From Acidimicrobiia bacterium (lineage in GTDB: Bacteria; Actinomycetota; Acidimicrobiia; Spongiisociales; ZC4RG35): a stretch of 64,000 nucleotides of DNA. Position numbers and translations under genes: made by a program. Positions 1 to 9,223 of this stretch are shown piece by piece (within the stretch, counting starts at the first letter, position 1; every line of letters begins with the position of its first letter). The notes under the pieces are model-generated. The model made no database searches. It saw nothing but the letters and a program-made list of their open reading frames with translations, and had not been told where the DNA came from. Location: assembly GCA_036374335.1 (NCBI GenBank), contig DASUUC010000100.1:5368-69367 (forward strand), read 5' to 3'.

Positions 1-1101
1 GAGGTCGAGGAGCTGGTGCTCGAGGAAGTCCCCGACATCACATACAACGAGGTGGGTGGTCTCGCCGAGCAGATCGAGATGATCCGGGACACCGTCGAGT
101 TGCCATATCTGTACCGCGACCTCTTCCGCGAGTACGAGCTGGAGCCGCCCAAGGGAATCCTCCTCTACGGACCACCGGGCTGCGGCAAGACCCTCATCGC
201 CAAAGCAGTCGCCAACAGCCTCGCCAAGAAAGTCTCCGAGCGAACCGGCAACCCCGATGTCCGTTCCTACTTCCTCAACATCAAAGGGCCAGAGCTGCTC
301 AACAAGTGGGTCGGTGAGACCGAGCGTCAGATCCGTCTCATCTTCCAGCGGGCCAAGGAGAAGTCGGACGAAGGGGTGCCGGTGATCGTCTTCTTCGACG
401 AGATGGACTCGTTGTTCCGCACCCGGGGCACCGGGATCAGCTCCGACGTCGAATCCACGATCGTGCCCCAACTCCTCTCCGAGCTCGACGGCGTCGAGTC
501 GCTCAAGAACGTGATCGTCATCGGAGCCTCGAACCGTGAAGATCTCATCGACCCGGCAATCCTCCGCCCGGGCCGTCTCGACGTGAAGATCAAGATCAAC
601 CGTCCCGACACGATCGCCGCCAAAGAGATCTTCCGCATCTATCTGAGCGACGAAACACCGCTCGACCCCGAGGAGGGCAGCGGGGTTGACAAGGTGGTAG
701 CCATCGAGACGATGATCGAAGCTACGGTCGCCGACATGTACGCCGAGGACAAAGACAACGAGTTCCTCGAGGTGACCTATGCCAACGGCGATCGGGAGAC
801 GCTCTACTTCAAGGACTTCGCCAGCGGCGCCATGATCGAGAACATCGTTCGTCGCGCCAAGAAGGACGCCATCAAGCGCCAGATCGCCGGCGGGCCCAGC
901 GGCATACGCAAGTCGGACCTCATCGCCGCCATCAAACAAGAATTCCGCGAGCACGAAGACCTACCCAACACCACCAACCCGGATGACTGGGCCAAGATCT
1001 CCGGGAAGAAGGGGGAAAGGATCGTCTACGTGCGCACTCTCGTTGGGGGCGACGAAGAGAGTCGTCTCATCGAGAAGGTCGCGGGCGGCCAGTACCTGTA
1101 A
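1..1101 (+). CDS. mpa: Proteasome-associated AAA+ ATPase Mpa/ARC, C-terminal part (5' end outside window)
   Basis: Frame open from base 1; Walker A GPPGCGKT, Walker [10 protein letters not shown]; C-terminal GQYL tail typical of Mpa; directly upstream of dop-pup-prcBA. Confidence 0.93.
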   Translation, partial: EVEELVLEEVPDITYNEVGGLAEQIEMIRDTVELPYLYRDLFREYELEPPKGILLYGPPGCGKTLIAKAVANSLAKKVSERTGNPDVRSYFLNIKGPELLNKWVGETERQIRLIFQRAKEKSDEGVPVIVFFDEMDSLFRTRGTGISSDVESTIVPQLLSELDGVESLKNVIVIGASNREDLIDPAILRPGRLDVKIKINRPDTIAAKEIFRIYLSDETPLDPEEGSGVDKVVAIETMIEATVADMYAEDKDNEFLEVTYANGDRETLYFKDFASGAMIENIVRRAKKDAIKRQIAGGPSGIRKSDLIAAIKQEFREHEDLPNTTNPDDWAKISGKKGERIVYVRTLVGGDEESRLIEKVAGGQYL

Positions 1102-2570
1102 TGGCTATCCATAAGGTGCTCGGGACCGAGACCGAGTACGGGATAGTGGTGAGAGGCGATCCCGGATTCAACCCCGCAGTGGCCTCATCGCTAGTGGTCA
1201 ACAGCTATCCCGGCGCCCGGGTCAAGGTGCAATGGTCGTACGAGGAGGAGTCACCAGGCCGTGACGCTCGCGGATTCGGCCACGACACCTACGGCCTCAT
1301 CGACCCCGAAGGCGCGGTGGTCAATTCGGTGCTTTCCAACGGGGCCCGTCTCTATGTCGACCATGCCCACCCCGAGTACAGCGGGCCGGAGACCTTCGAG
1401 CCTCTCGAGGCGGCGCTCTACGACAAGGCCGGCGAGGTGGTCATGCACCGGGCCGCACAGGCGGCCTCTGAGTCGGCCGGCCGACAGGTCTCCCTCTACA
1501 AGAACAACTCCGACGGCAAGGGCAACTCCTACGGGGCTCACGAGAACTATCTACTGAGCCGAGAGACTCCGTTCGGTGATGTGATCCGCTATGCGATGAC
1601 TTTCATGGTGACCCGTCAGATCTTCACGGGGGCGGGCAAAGTCGGGAAGGAGAACGACCGCCCCGACATCGAGTTCCAGATAACGCAGCGGGCCGATTTC
1701 TTCGAGGAAGAGGTCGGGTTGGAGACCACACTCAAACGCCCCATCATCAACACCCGGGACGAGCCGCACGGCGACCCGTCGACCTACCGCCGTCTCCATG
1801 TGATCATCGGCGACGCCAATCTCTCGGAGTATCAGAATTTCTTGAAGCTCGGGGCGACGGCGCTGATGCTCGCCGCCCTCGAAGACGGTGCCATCCCCGA
1901 TCCGCTGGATCTGGCGGACCCGGTAGAAGCCTGCTGGCAGGTGAGCCACGATCTCAGTCTGGGACGACCACTCGAGCTCGACGGAGGGGGAACAGCCACC
2001 GCGCTCGAGCTGCAGGGTCGCTACCTGGAATGGCTGTCCAAGTACGCCGAGAAGGAACTGGACGATCCGGTCTGGGATCAGGTGATCGCGGAGTGGGAGC
2101 GCACTCTCCAACTGTTGTCCACGGAGCCCGACAAGTTGAACGACACCCTCGACTGGGTGGCCAAGAAGCGCCTCCTCGAGGGCTACGTCGCACGTGACGA
2201 CCTGCAGTGGACCAACAACAAGCTGCGGGCTCTCGACCTCCAATATCACGACGTCGACCCCTCCCGCGGGCTCTACAAGAGGTTGGCCGACCGAGGCTCG
2301 ATGCGGCGGTTGTTCACCGACGAACAGATCACGGATGCGGTGTCCCACCCACCCCAACGAACCCGGGCTTACTTCCGGGGCAGATGTGTCAGTGACTTCG
2401 CCGGTTCCTTGGTCGCCGCCAACTGGGACTCCCTGGTATTCGACATCGGAGAATCGCATCTCAAACGTGTTCCTATGATGGAACCTCTGCGCGGAGACGC
2501 CACTCTCGTGGGTGAGCTCCTCGACGATGCAGAAGACGCCGCAGATCTGCTGCGGCGACTGGAAGGATGA
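1101..2570 (+). CDS. dop: Pup deamidase/depupylase Dop
   Basis: 489 aa paralog of PafA (GTETEYGI N-terminus, shared [11 protein letters not shown] and YRRLHVI motifs); sits between mpa and pup; start overlaps mpa stop (TAATG). Confidence 0.9.
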   Translation: MAIHKVLGTETEYGIVVRGDPGFNPAVASSLVVNSYPGARVKVQWSYEEESPGRDARGFGHDTYGLIDPEGAVVNSVLSNGARLYVDHAHPEYSGPETFEPLEAALYDKAGEVVMHRAAQAASESAGRQVSLYKNNSDGKGNSYGAHENYLLSRETPFGDVIRYAMTFMVTRQIFTGAGKVGKENDRPDIEFQITQRADFFEEEVGLETTLKRPIINTRDEPHGDPSTYRRLHVIIGDANLSEYQNFLKLGATALMLAALEDGAIPDPLDLADPVEACWQVSHDLSLGRPLELDGGGTATALELQGRYLEWLSKYAEKELDDPVWDQVIAEWERTLQLLSTEPDKLNDTLDWVAKKRLLEGYVARDDLQWTNNKLRALDLQYHDVDPSRGLYKRLADRGSMRRLFTDEQITDAVSHPPQRTRAYFRGRCVSDFAGSLVAANWDSLVFDIGESHLKRVPMMEPLRGDATLVGELLDDAEDAADLLRRLEG

Positions 2571-2573
2571 CAG

Positions 2574-2762
2574 ATGTCAGATAGAGAACGTGGCCAGGCG
2601 GAAGGCCGCCGGCAAGAAGAGACACAAGAGGAAACGGCGGGGGTAGCCGAGTCCGAAGCCGATCTGGACGCCCTGGACGACCTCCTCGACGAGATCGACG
2701 AGGTTCTCGAGGAGAACGCCGAGGAGTTCGTGAAGAACTATGTCCAGAAAGGTGGACAGTGA
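2574..2762 (+). CDS. pup: Prokaryotic ubiquitin-like protein Pup
   Basis: 62 aa, acidic, ends in GGQ; located immediately upstream of prcB. Confidence 0.93.
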   Translation: MSDRERGQAEGRRQEETQEETAGVAESEADLDALDDLLDEIDEVLEENAEEFVKNYVQKGGQ

Positions 2763-3553
2763 TAGAGAAGCCCATCGGCCCTCTGCCACTAGACGCCCCG
2801 GTCCCAGGTTCCAGCTTCACAGATCTCCTCAACTGGATGGGCGCCGCTCCCGAGGTGACGATCCCGACCGGTGCCAGCCCGGTCAGCGCGCCCGAAGGCA
2901 CCACGGTCCTCTCCCTCCGCTATGAAGGCGGGGCGGTGATAGCCGGTGATCGGCGTGCCACCGAAGGTCATTTGGTGGCGCATCGTCGCATACGCAAGGT
3001 ATTTCCGGCAGACCGGTTCTCAGCTGTTGCCATCGCCGGGACGGCAGGGCTCGCCATGGACATGGTGAAGCTGTTTCAGGTCGAGTTGGAGCATTACGAG
3101 AAGATCGAAGGCATCCGTCTCTCCCTCGAGGGCAAGGCGTCGTTCCTGGCCAGACTGGTCAGGAGTCAGCTGCCCATGGCATTCCAGGGGCTCGTCGTGG
3201 TACCCCTGTTCGCCGGATACGACGACAAGGAGGGGCGGGGACGGGTGTACACCTTCGATGTCGTGGGTGGCCGCTATGAGGAAACCGACTTCGGGAGCAC
3301 GGGCTCGGGAGCGCGTCTGGCCAAGTCGTACCTCCGCACCGCTTATGAGGAAGACATGGCTCCGGACGAGGCCACCGCGCTGGCGGTCAATGCCCTGGTC
3401 GCCGCCTCAAGCGAGGACACCGGCACCGGCGCACCCGATCTGAAGCGGGGCATCCTGCCCAACGTCGTGCGCATCGACCAAGAAGGGCTCAGGGAGCTGT
3501 CCGACGAGGATGTGTTCCCCCTGGCCGAGAGTGCCATGGAGCACATCCGATGA
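2759..3553 (+). CDS. prcB: 20S proteasome beta subunit
   Basis: GTGA overlap with pup; propeptide followed by G/TTV active-site Thr context (APEGTTVLSL); 264 aa. Confidence 0.93.
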   Translation: MIEKPIGPLPLDAPVPGSSFTDLLNWMGAAPEVTIPTGASPVSAPEGTTVLSLRYEGGAVIAGDRRATEGHLVAHRRIRKVFPADRFSAVAIAGTAGLAMDMVKLFQVELEHYEKIEGIRLSLEGKASFLARLVRSQLPMAFQGLVVVPLFAGYDDKEGRGRVYTFDVVGGRYEETDFGSTGSGARLAKSYLRTAYEEDMAPDEATALAVNALVAASSEDTGTGAPDLKRGILPNVVRIDQEGLRELSDEDVFPLAESAMEHIR

Positions 3554-4218
3554 GCATTCCGTTCTATGTCGCTCCCGAGCAACTCGTCCGGGACAAGGCG
3601 GAGTTCGCCAGGAAGGGGATTGCCCGGGGACGGTCGATCGTCGCCGTCGACTACGCCGACGGGGTTCTCATTCTCGCCGAGAACCCGTCCAGCGCATTGC
3701 ACAAGATCTCAGAGGTCTACGACCGCATCGCCTTCGCCGGGGTGGGTCGGTACAACGAGTTCGAGACGTTGCGCAAGGCGGGGATCCGACAGGCCGACCT
3801 CATGGGCTACCTGTATTCCCGTGAGGATGTCACTGCAATGGGGCTGGCCACGGCATTCTCCCAAACCCTGGGAGTCATCTTCATCCGTGATCCCAAGCCC
3901 TACGAAGTAGAGATCCTCCTCGCCGAGATCTCCGAGGATGGCAGCGAGCACCGTCTCTTCAGAGTGACTTATGACGGCACCCTCTACGACGAGCGGCGCT
4001 ACGTCGCGATCGGAGGCAAGGCCGAACAACTCGTCGACGCTCTCGAGGACCTCTGGACCGAGAACCTGAGCCTTCGGCAGGCGTTCGATGTCTGCATGGA
4101 GGCCTTCAACAGAGCCGAAGGCCGTGCGCCAGAAGGTTGGGAGGTCGCCGTGTTGGAAAGCGGAAACGGCCGACGCGCTTTCCGCAGACTCGACCCTGCT
4201 GAGATCACAGCCGAGTAG
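3550..4218 (+). CDS. prcA: 20S proteasome alpha subunit
   Basis: ATGA overlap with prcB; [12 protein letters not shown]-terminus typical of actinobacterial PrcA. Confidence 0.93.
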   Translation: MSIPFYVAPEQLVRDKAEFARKGIARGRSIVAVDYADGVLILAENPSSALHKISEVYDRIAFAGVGRYNEFETLRKAGIRQADLMGYLYSREDVTAMGLATAFSQTLGVIFIRDPKPYEVEILLAEISEDGSEHRLFRVTYDGTLYDERRYVAIGGKAEQLVDALEDLWTENLSLRQAFDVCMEAFNRAEGRAPEGWEVAVLESGNGRRAFRRLDPAEITAE

Positions 4219-4247
4219 AGCCATCACATCGGTTTAGCCTGAGCAAC

Positions 4248-5603
4248 ATGGACCGCAGGATCTTCGGGCTGGAGAACGAATACGGCGTGACTTGCACCCT
4301 GCGCGGACAGCGCAGGCTGAGCCCCGACGAAGTCGCCCGATACCTGTTCCGCCGTGTGGTCTCGTGGGGACGATCGTCGAACGTTTTTCTCGAAAACGGC
4401 GCCCGGCTCTATCTCGACGTCGGGTCACATCCCGAGTACGCCACACCAGAGTGCGACGACATCGAAGACGTGGTCGCCCATGACAAGGCGGGGGAGAGGA
4501 TTCTCGAGGGTCTGGTCACCGGGGCCGAGGAGCGTCTCGAAGAAGAGGGGATCCGGGGTGAGATCTACGTCTTCAAGAACAACACGGACAGTGCCGGCAA
4601 CTCATATGGCTGCCATGAGAACTATCTGGTGAGCCGGCACAAGGACTTCCATCGCACAGTCGATGTCCTCATCCCGTTCCTGGTCACCCGGCAAATATTC
4701 GTCGGTGCCGGCAAGCTCACCCAGACTCCTAGGGGGACTGGCTACACGGTCGCCCAGCGTGCCGATCACATCTGGGAGGGGGTGTCCTCGGCGACCACCC
4801 GGTCTCGCCCGATCATCAATACCCGGGACGAGCCCCACGCCGACGCCGAGCGCTACCGCAGGCTCCACGTCATCGCCGGCGATTCCAACATGAGCGAGTA
4901 CGCCACCTACGTGAAGGTGGGGACGATGGTGGCTCTCCTCCAGATGATCGAGCGAGATGTCGTCTTTCGCGACCTGACGCTGGAGAACCCGATCCGGGCG
5001 ATCAGGGAGGTCAGCCATGACACCACCTGCACCCGCAAGCTCCGTCTCGCCAATGGACGTGAGTTGAGCGCCCTCGACATTCAATGGGAGTACCTCGACC
5101 GGGCGATGAGATTCGCCCGCAGCCCCGGCTTCCCCCCGCAAGTCCAGGCCGCAGTCGATCGGTGGGAGCATCTGTTGACCGGTCTGGAGAAAGACCCGAT
5201 GACCCTCGACCGCGAGGTCGACTGGGTGATGAAATACAAGCTGTTGGACCGCTACTCCACCAGGCGGGGCATCCCGCTATCCGACCCCAAGATGTCGATG
5301 ATGGATCTCGCCTACCACGACGTCGACCGCACCCGCGGCCTCTACTACATGATGGAGAACGCCGGCCTCACCGATCGGATCGTGACTGACGAGAAGATCG
5401 CCGACGCCGTGGTCAGGCCACCCCAGACCACCCGGGCCCGGTTGCGAGGGGCCTTCATCAAGGCGGCGAAGGCCCGGAAACGTGACTTCACCGTCGACTG
5501 GGTCCATCTCAAGCTGAACGACCAGGCCCAGCGCACCGTGATGTGCAAAGACCCGTTCAAGTCAGAAGACGAGCGGGTAGACAAGCTGATCGCCAGCCTC
5601 TAG
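4248..5603 (+). CDS. pafA: Pup-protein ligase PafA
   Basis: [15 protein letters not shown]-terminus, [11 protein letters not shown] motif, 451 aa; followed by pafBC. Confidence 0.92.
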   Translation: MDRRIFGLENEYGVTCTLRGQRRLSPDEVARYLFRRVVSWGRSSNVFLENGARLYLDVGSHPEYATPECDDIEDVVAHDKAGERILEGLVTGAEERLEEEGIRGEIYVFKNNTDSAGNSYGCHENYLVSRHKDFHRTVDVLIPFLVTRQIFVGAGKLTQTPRGTGYTVAQRADHIWEGVSSATTRSRPIINTRDEPHADAERYRRLHVIAGDSNMSEYATYVKVGTMVALLQMIERDVVFRDLTLENPIRAIREVSHDTTCTRKLRLANGRELSALDIQWEYLDRAMRFARSPGFPPQVQAAVDRWEHLLTGLEKDPMTLDREVDWVMKYKLLDRYSTRRGIPLSDPKMSMMDLAYHDVDRTRGLYYMMENAGLTDRIVTDEKIADAVVRPPQTTRARLRGAFIKAAKARKRDFTVDWVHLKLNDQAQRTVMCKDPFKSEDERVDKLIASL

Positions 5604-5616
5604 ATGGCCGACCCTC

Positions 5617-5744
5617 CGCAAACCCAGGGTTGCAGACACCGCTCAGCGAAGTCCAGCGCCCTCACTTTCGTCGGGGGAGGTGTTGCCCGCGAACCCAGGG
5701 TTGCAGACACCGCTCAGCGAAGTCTGGAACCCTGGGTTGCAGGA
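5617..5744. repeat. 37-bp direct repeat (5617-5653 and 5688-5724, 36/37 identical) plus a third copy of its core palindrome AACCCWGGGTTGCAG (5728-5742)
   Basis: Read directly in the pafA-pafB spacer; palindrome cores at 5621-5631, 5692-5702 and 5728-5738. Confidence 0.85.
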
Positions 5745-5755
5745 TGGTCTGCTCC

Positions 5756-5761
5756 TAACGT
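5756..5761 (+). promoter_or_regulatory. Candidate -10 hexamer TAACGT for a leaderless pafB transcript
   Basis: TANNNT hexamer 7 nt upstream of pafB ATG (5769); no Shine-Dalgarno in between. Confidence 0.35.
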
Positions 5762-5768
5762 ATGAGGC

Positions 5769-6686
5769 ATGCAGAACGTCGTGGAGCGGGTGCTCAACCT
5801 GCTCATCTATCTCCTCGAGTCGCCGACACCAGTGACCTCCAACGATGTTCGCAACACGGTCCACGGGTACGCCGACCAGAGTGACGAGGCGTTCCATCGC
5901 ATGTTCGAGCGGGACAAGAACGTCCTCCGTCGGCTCGGGGTGCCGTTGAAACTCGAGGCTCTCGACGCTTGGGAGATCGACGAGGGATACACCGTGGATC
6001 CCGACGAATACGCCATCCCCGATCCCGGTCTGAATCAGGAGGAGCATATGGCCCTCTCGGTGGCGGCCCGCATGGTTCGCCTGGGCGGCACCGAAGCCGG
6101 CGTCGCGGCGATCATCAAGCTCGGGGGCATGGAGCGCGGTGACGGTCTGGAACCTCTGGGAGCCGATCTCGGTGAGGGGGCGGAGGTCCTGGGCGAGCTG
6201 TTCGGGGCGGTCAGTGATCGTCGCAAGGTGGAGTTCACCTACCGGGGTCATCTCCGCCCGGTGGAGCCCTACGGAATCGCCCACCGCCGGGGGCATTGGT
6301 ATCTGGTCGGAAACACCCCAGACGGGGAGCGGATGTACCGGGTCGACCGGATCGAGGATCTCATGGTGGGGGAGGAGCCCGACGCCTTCCGCAAGCCCAA
6401 GGGATTCGATATCAAGCGCGCCGTCGACAGCCAACCCTGGGAGACCGGCTCGGATCCCGTAGTGGCAGCAAAAGTGCGTTTCGACACCGAGGTTGGCTGG
6501 TGGGCTGCCCGTAGTCTCGGGTTGCCCGACCCCAAGGCCGAGCTGACTGCCACGGTGGATGTAGCCAACAGGGACGCCTTCGTCGGCTGGGTCCTCAGCT
6601 TCGGGGCGTCGGCTGAGGTGCTCGATCCTCCCGAGATGCGAGAGGCAGTTACCGCCCGTGTCGACGAAGCGCTGGACCACCTATGA
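5769..6686 (+). CDS. pafB: HTH-WYL transcriptional regulator PafB
   Basis: N-terminal wHTH, WYL-type motif GHWYLVG; follows pafA; ATGA overlap with pafC. Confidence 0.88.
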   Translation: MQNVVERVLNLLIYLLESPTPVTSNDVRNTVHGYADQSDEAFHRMFERDKNVLRRLGVPLKLEALDAWEIDEGYTVDPDEYAIPDPGLNQEEHMALSVAARMVRLGGTEAGVAAIIKLGGMERGDGLEPLGADLGEGAEVLGELFGAVSDRRKVEFTYRGHLRPVEPYGIAHRRGHWYLVGNTPDGERMYRVDRIEDLMVGEEPDAFRKPKGFDIKRAVDSQPWETGSDPVVAAKVRFDTEVGWWAARSLGLPDPKAELTATVDVANRDAFVGWVLSFGASAEVLDPPEMREAVTARVDEALDHL

Positions 6687-7612
6687 CCAGCTCTCGTACC
6701 GTGTCCCGTCTCTCACGGATCCTGGCGCTGATCCCCTACGTTCTCGACAAACAAGCCGTCGATGTCGACGAGATCATCGACCGATTTGGCTACAGCAAGG
6801 ATCAACTGACCCGTGACCTCAACACGATCTTCGTCTGCGGCCTCCCCGGATACGGCCCGGGCGACCTCATGGAGGCCTACCTGGATGAAGACGAAGTCAT
6901 CATCGATGCCGCCGACTTCTTCGCCAAGGCCCCCCGGCTGACGCCAGTAGAGGCGCTCGGGCTGCTGGCCGCCGGCATGACGGTGATCGGTTCGGGTGAA
7001 GGGAGCCCCGCCCTCGAGTCGGCGGTGCGGAAACTGAGCAAGGTGATGATGCCCGATGCGGACACCAGCCTCGCCGTCGACGTCCTCGATCAGTCACAAA
7101 ACGTGGGCGTGCTGCGTGACGCGGCCGCCGCGGGACGGGTGGTCAGGATGATCTACCGGTCGGTCGGCAAAGAGGAGACAACGGAGCGAGAGGTAGAGCC
7201 CTGGTCTGTGTTCGCCACGCTGGGACGCTGGTATGTGCTGGGCTACTGCCGTCTCGTCGACGACCAGAGAACTTTCCGGGCCGACCGGATCAAAGAGCTC
7301 GAAGTTCTCGACGAGACTTTTCAGCGGCCCGAGTCGGTGCCGGAGCCAGGCGTTGGCTATTCGCCATCCAAAGACGACGTCACTTGTGTCCTCGACCTCA
7401 AACCCGCCGCCCGGTGGGTCCTCGAGTACTACCCGGTGGAGGTGATACGGGACTCGACCAGGTCGACGCGGATCCGATTCCACTCACCCGACGCCGAGGT
7501 GCCGGCGCGCTTGCTGCTCCGCTTGGGGACCGACGCGCGTCTCGTCGAGGGGCCTGAAGTGGCGGCGCGAACTGATGAAATCGGGCGTTCCCTGCTCGCG
7601 AAGTATCGATAG
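6683..7612 (+). CDS. pafC: HTH-WYL transcriptional regulator PafC
   Basis: Paralog of PafB with RWYVLGYC WYL-type motif; translationally coupled to pafB. Confidence 0.88.
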   Translation: MTSSRTVSRLSRILALIPYVLDKQAVDVDEIIDRFGYSKDQLTRDLNTIFVCGLPGYGPGDLMEAYLDEDEVIIDAADFFAKAPRLTPVEALGLLAAGMTVIGSGEGSPALESAVRKLSKVMMPDADTSLAVDVLDQSQNVGVLRDAAAAGRVVRMIYRSVGKEETTEREVEPWSVFATLGRWYVLGYCRLVDDQRTFRADRIKELEVLDETFQRPESVPEPGVGYSPSKDDVTCVLDLKPAARWVLEYYPVEVIRDSTRSTRIRFHSPDAEVPARLLLRLGTDARLVEGPEVAARTDEIGRSLLAKYR

Positions 7613-7701
7613 GGGCCGAACGACCTAGGAGTCCGCCCTTCAGTTTGTATCACCAATTGCCGATCTCCTCTCTACCGAATGCGGAGACCGGAGACCAAGA
7701 G

Positions 7702-7992
7702 ATGACCACCATCAAGACAACGTGCAATCGTTGTGGCGATATTCACCTGAGACCTCGCGACGTGGCACTGGAGTTGCGTCCGGGTGGTAGGGAAGGTGAC
7801 TATCGCTTCACATGCCCGAACTGCACGTCCGAGCAGAGGCGGCCTGCCAACTCCCGTGTCGTCAGTGTCTTGCTTGCCACAGGTGTGCATTTCGAGGTCG
7901 TCAACCCCGACCCGATCACCGAGACGGAGATCGCTGCGTTCATGGCTGCCCTCGAGACGGAGCCGGATCCTCTCCGTCTGCTGGCCGGCTGA
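7702..7992 (+). CDS. Hypothetical zinc-ribbon protein (CxxC...CxxC), 96 aa
   Basis: In-frame ATG with GGAG 8 nt upstream; CNRCG and CPNC pairs; followed by a strong terminator. The ORF-track start at 7645 is less likely. Confidence 0.6.
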   Translation: MTTIKTTCNRCGDIHLRPRDVALELRPGGREGDYRFTCPNCTSEQRRPANSRVVSVLLATGVHFEVVNPDPITETEIAAFMAALETEPDPLRLLAG

Positions 7993-8034
7993 CAAACGAC
8001 AGGGTTGAGCGCCGGGGGGACGGTGCTCCGTTGA

Positions 8035-8072
8035 GAAGGTGGCGATCGGGCGGTCGCCACCTTCTTTCTATT
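8035..8072 (+). terminator. Intrinsic terminator after the zinc-ribbon ORF
   Basis: GAAGGTGGCGA (8035-8045) pairs with TCGCCACCTTC (8054-8064), 8-nt loop, followed by TTTCTATT. Confidence 0.65.
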
Positions 8073-8096
8073 CAGTCGCCACCTTCTCTCTATTGA
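8053..8096. repeat. Tandem 22-bp duplication GTCGCCACCTTCTYTCTATTSA x2
   Basis: 8053-8074 and 8075-8096, 20/22 identical; the first copy is the right arm plus T-tract of the terminator. Confidence 0.8.
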
Positions 8097-8108
8097 GGGG
8101 TGAAGCTC

Positions 8109-8114
8109 TAGCAT
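8109..8114 (+). promoter_or_regulatory. Candidate -10 hexamer TAGCAT for a leaderless tatB-like transcript
   Basis: TANNNT 6 nt upstream of ATG 8121; no SD sequence. Confidence 0.35.
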
Positions 8115-8120
8115 CAGCCC

Positions 8121-8516
8121 ATGCTCCAGACGGGTGAGATCATCGTCATCGTTCTGCTCGCGCTCGTCGTGCTCGGGCCGGACCGCCTCCCCGACATGGC
8201 CCGCAAGATCGGTCGGTGGACCAACGAGCTGCGCAACGCCGCCCGAGAGATAACCAGAGGCCTGGAAGCTGAGATCGATGAGGTGAAGAAGGCCGGCGAG
8301 GAGTTCAAGGCTCCCATGGACGAGGTCAAGAGGCCTTTCACCGAGATACGAGATGAGATGAGCGGATTCGGGGCGAAGGGGCACGAGTGGAAAGGCCCCA
8401 AGCCGGTCTCAGGGCCGACCCCCGAAGATGCGATGCGCGACCTCGAGGAGATGAATCGCAGGGCAGGAGTGGCCGAGCCGGAGCCCGACGACGAACCCTC
8501 TGAGCCCGAAGAGTGA
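8121..8516 (+). CDS. tatB: Sec-independent translocase component, TatA/B family (TatB-like)
   Basis: N-terminal TM helix followed by LGPDRLP hinge and amphipathic helix; 131 aa; GTGA overlap with tatC. Confidence 0.75.
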   Translation: MLQTGEIIVIVLLALVVLGPDRLPDMARKIGRWTNELRNAAREITRGLEAEIDEVKKAGEEFKAPMDEVKRPFTEIRDEMSGFGAKGHEWKGPKPVSGPTPEDAMRDLEEMNRRAGVAEPEPDDEPSEPEE

Positions 8517-9223
8517 CTGACAATCCCCAGTCGATTCTCGCCCATCTCGACGAGTTGAGATGGCGAATCCTCAAGATCGGCATTGCGATCATCGTTGGGG
8601 CGGTAGTCGCGTTCTTCTTCGCTGATTCTCTGAGGGGGATCCTGGAAGCCCCGTTCGAGGCGGCCGCCCCTGACAACGAGTTCCAGGCTCTTCAGGTGGG
8701 CGAGGAGTGGGGCGTCCTGATGCGAATCGCCTTGTTCGGGGGGGTGATATTGGCCAGCCCAGTAGTCCTCTATCAGATCTGGGCGTTCATCAATCCTGCG
8801 CTGACCAGCAGAGAGCGCAAGTGGGCCATCCCCATCGTCTCCGCCCTCGTCGTCCTCTTCCTCGGAGGCGTCCTCTTCGGGTACATGATCCTGCCCCGCG
8901 GCCTCGACTTTCTACTCAATATCTTTGAGAACGTGCGGAACGACTTGCTGATCGGTCAGTACTACTCGTTCGTCCTCCGGTTCCTCCTCGCCTTCGGGAT
9001 CGCTTTCCTCTATCCGGTCTTTCTCTTCACCGCCGCCGCTGCAGGAGTCGTGTCGTCAGCGCAGCTGGCGCGCGGGAGGCGGTGGGCGATCCTGATCGTG
9101 GTGATTGGCGCGGCCCTGATCACGCCGACCGGTGACCTCCTGACTCTGGCAGCCCTTTCGGTCCCCCTGTACCTCATGTACGAGATCACCTATTGGCTGG
9201 TCAGATTGATCCTGAAGAAATGA
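8513..9223 (+). CDS. tatC: Sec-independent translocase TatC
   Basis: 236 aa polytopic membrane protein with HLDELRWRI N-terminal motif typical of TatC. Confidence 0.92.
   Translation: MTDNPQSILAHLDELRWRILKIGIAIIVGAVVAFFFADSLRGILEAPFEAAAPDNEFQALQVGEEWGVLMRIALFGGVILASPVVLYQIWAFINPALTSRERKWAIPIVSALVVLFLGGVLFGYMILPRGLDFLLNIFENVRNDLLIGQYYSFVLRFLLAFGIAFLYPVFLFTAAAAGVVSSAQLARGRRWAILIVVIGAALITPTGDLLTLAALSVPLYLMYEITYWLVRLILKK

Noticed and set aside
5617-5744. Possible CRISPR-like array
   Set aside because: There are only 2-3 repeat copies of unequal length and irregular spacing (71 and 36 bp). No cas genes are present in the window.
5604-5765. 54-codon ORF (ATG 5604) filling the pafA-pafB spacer
   Set aside because: Its sequence is dictated by the repeated DNA element, which is read in different frames in the two copies. 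It has no SD and a poor composition.
5643-6680. 345-aa minus-strand ORF
   Set aside because: It runs antisense to pafB and has no recognisable motifs.
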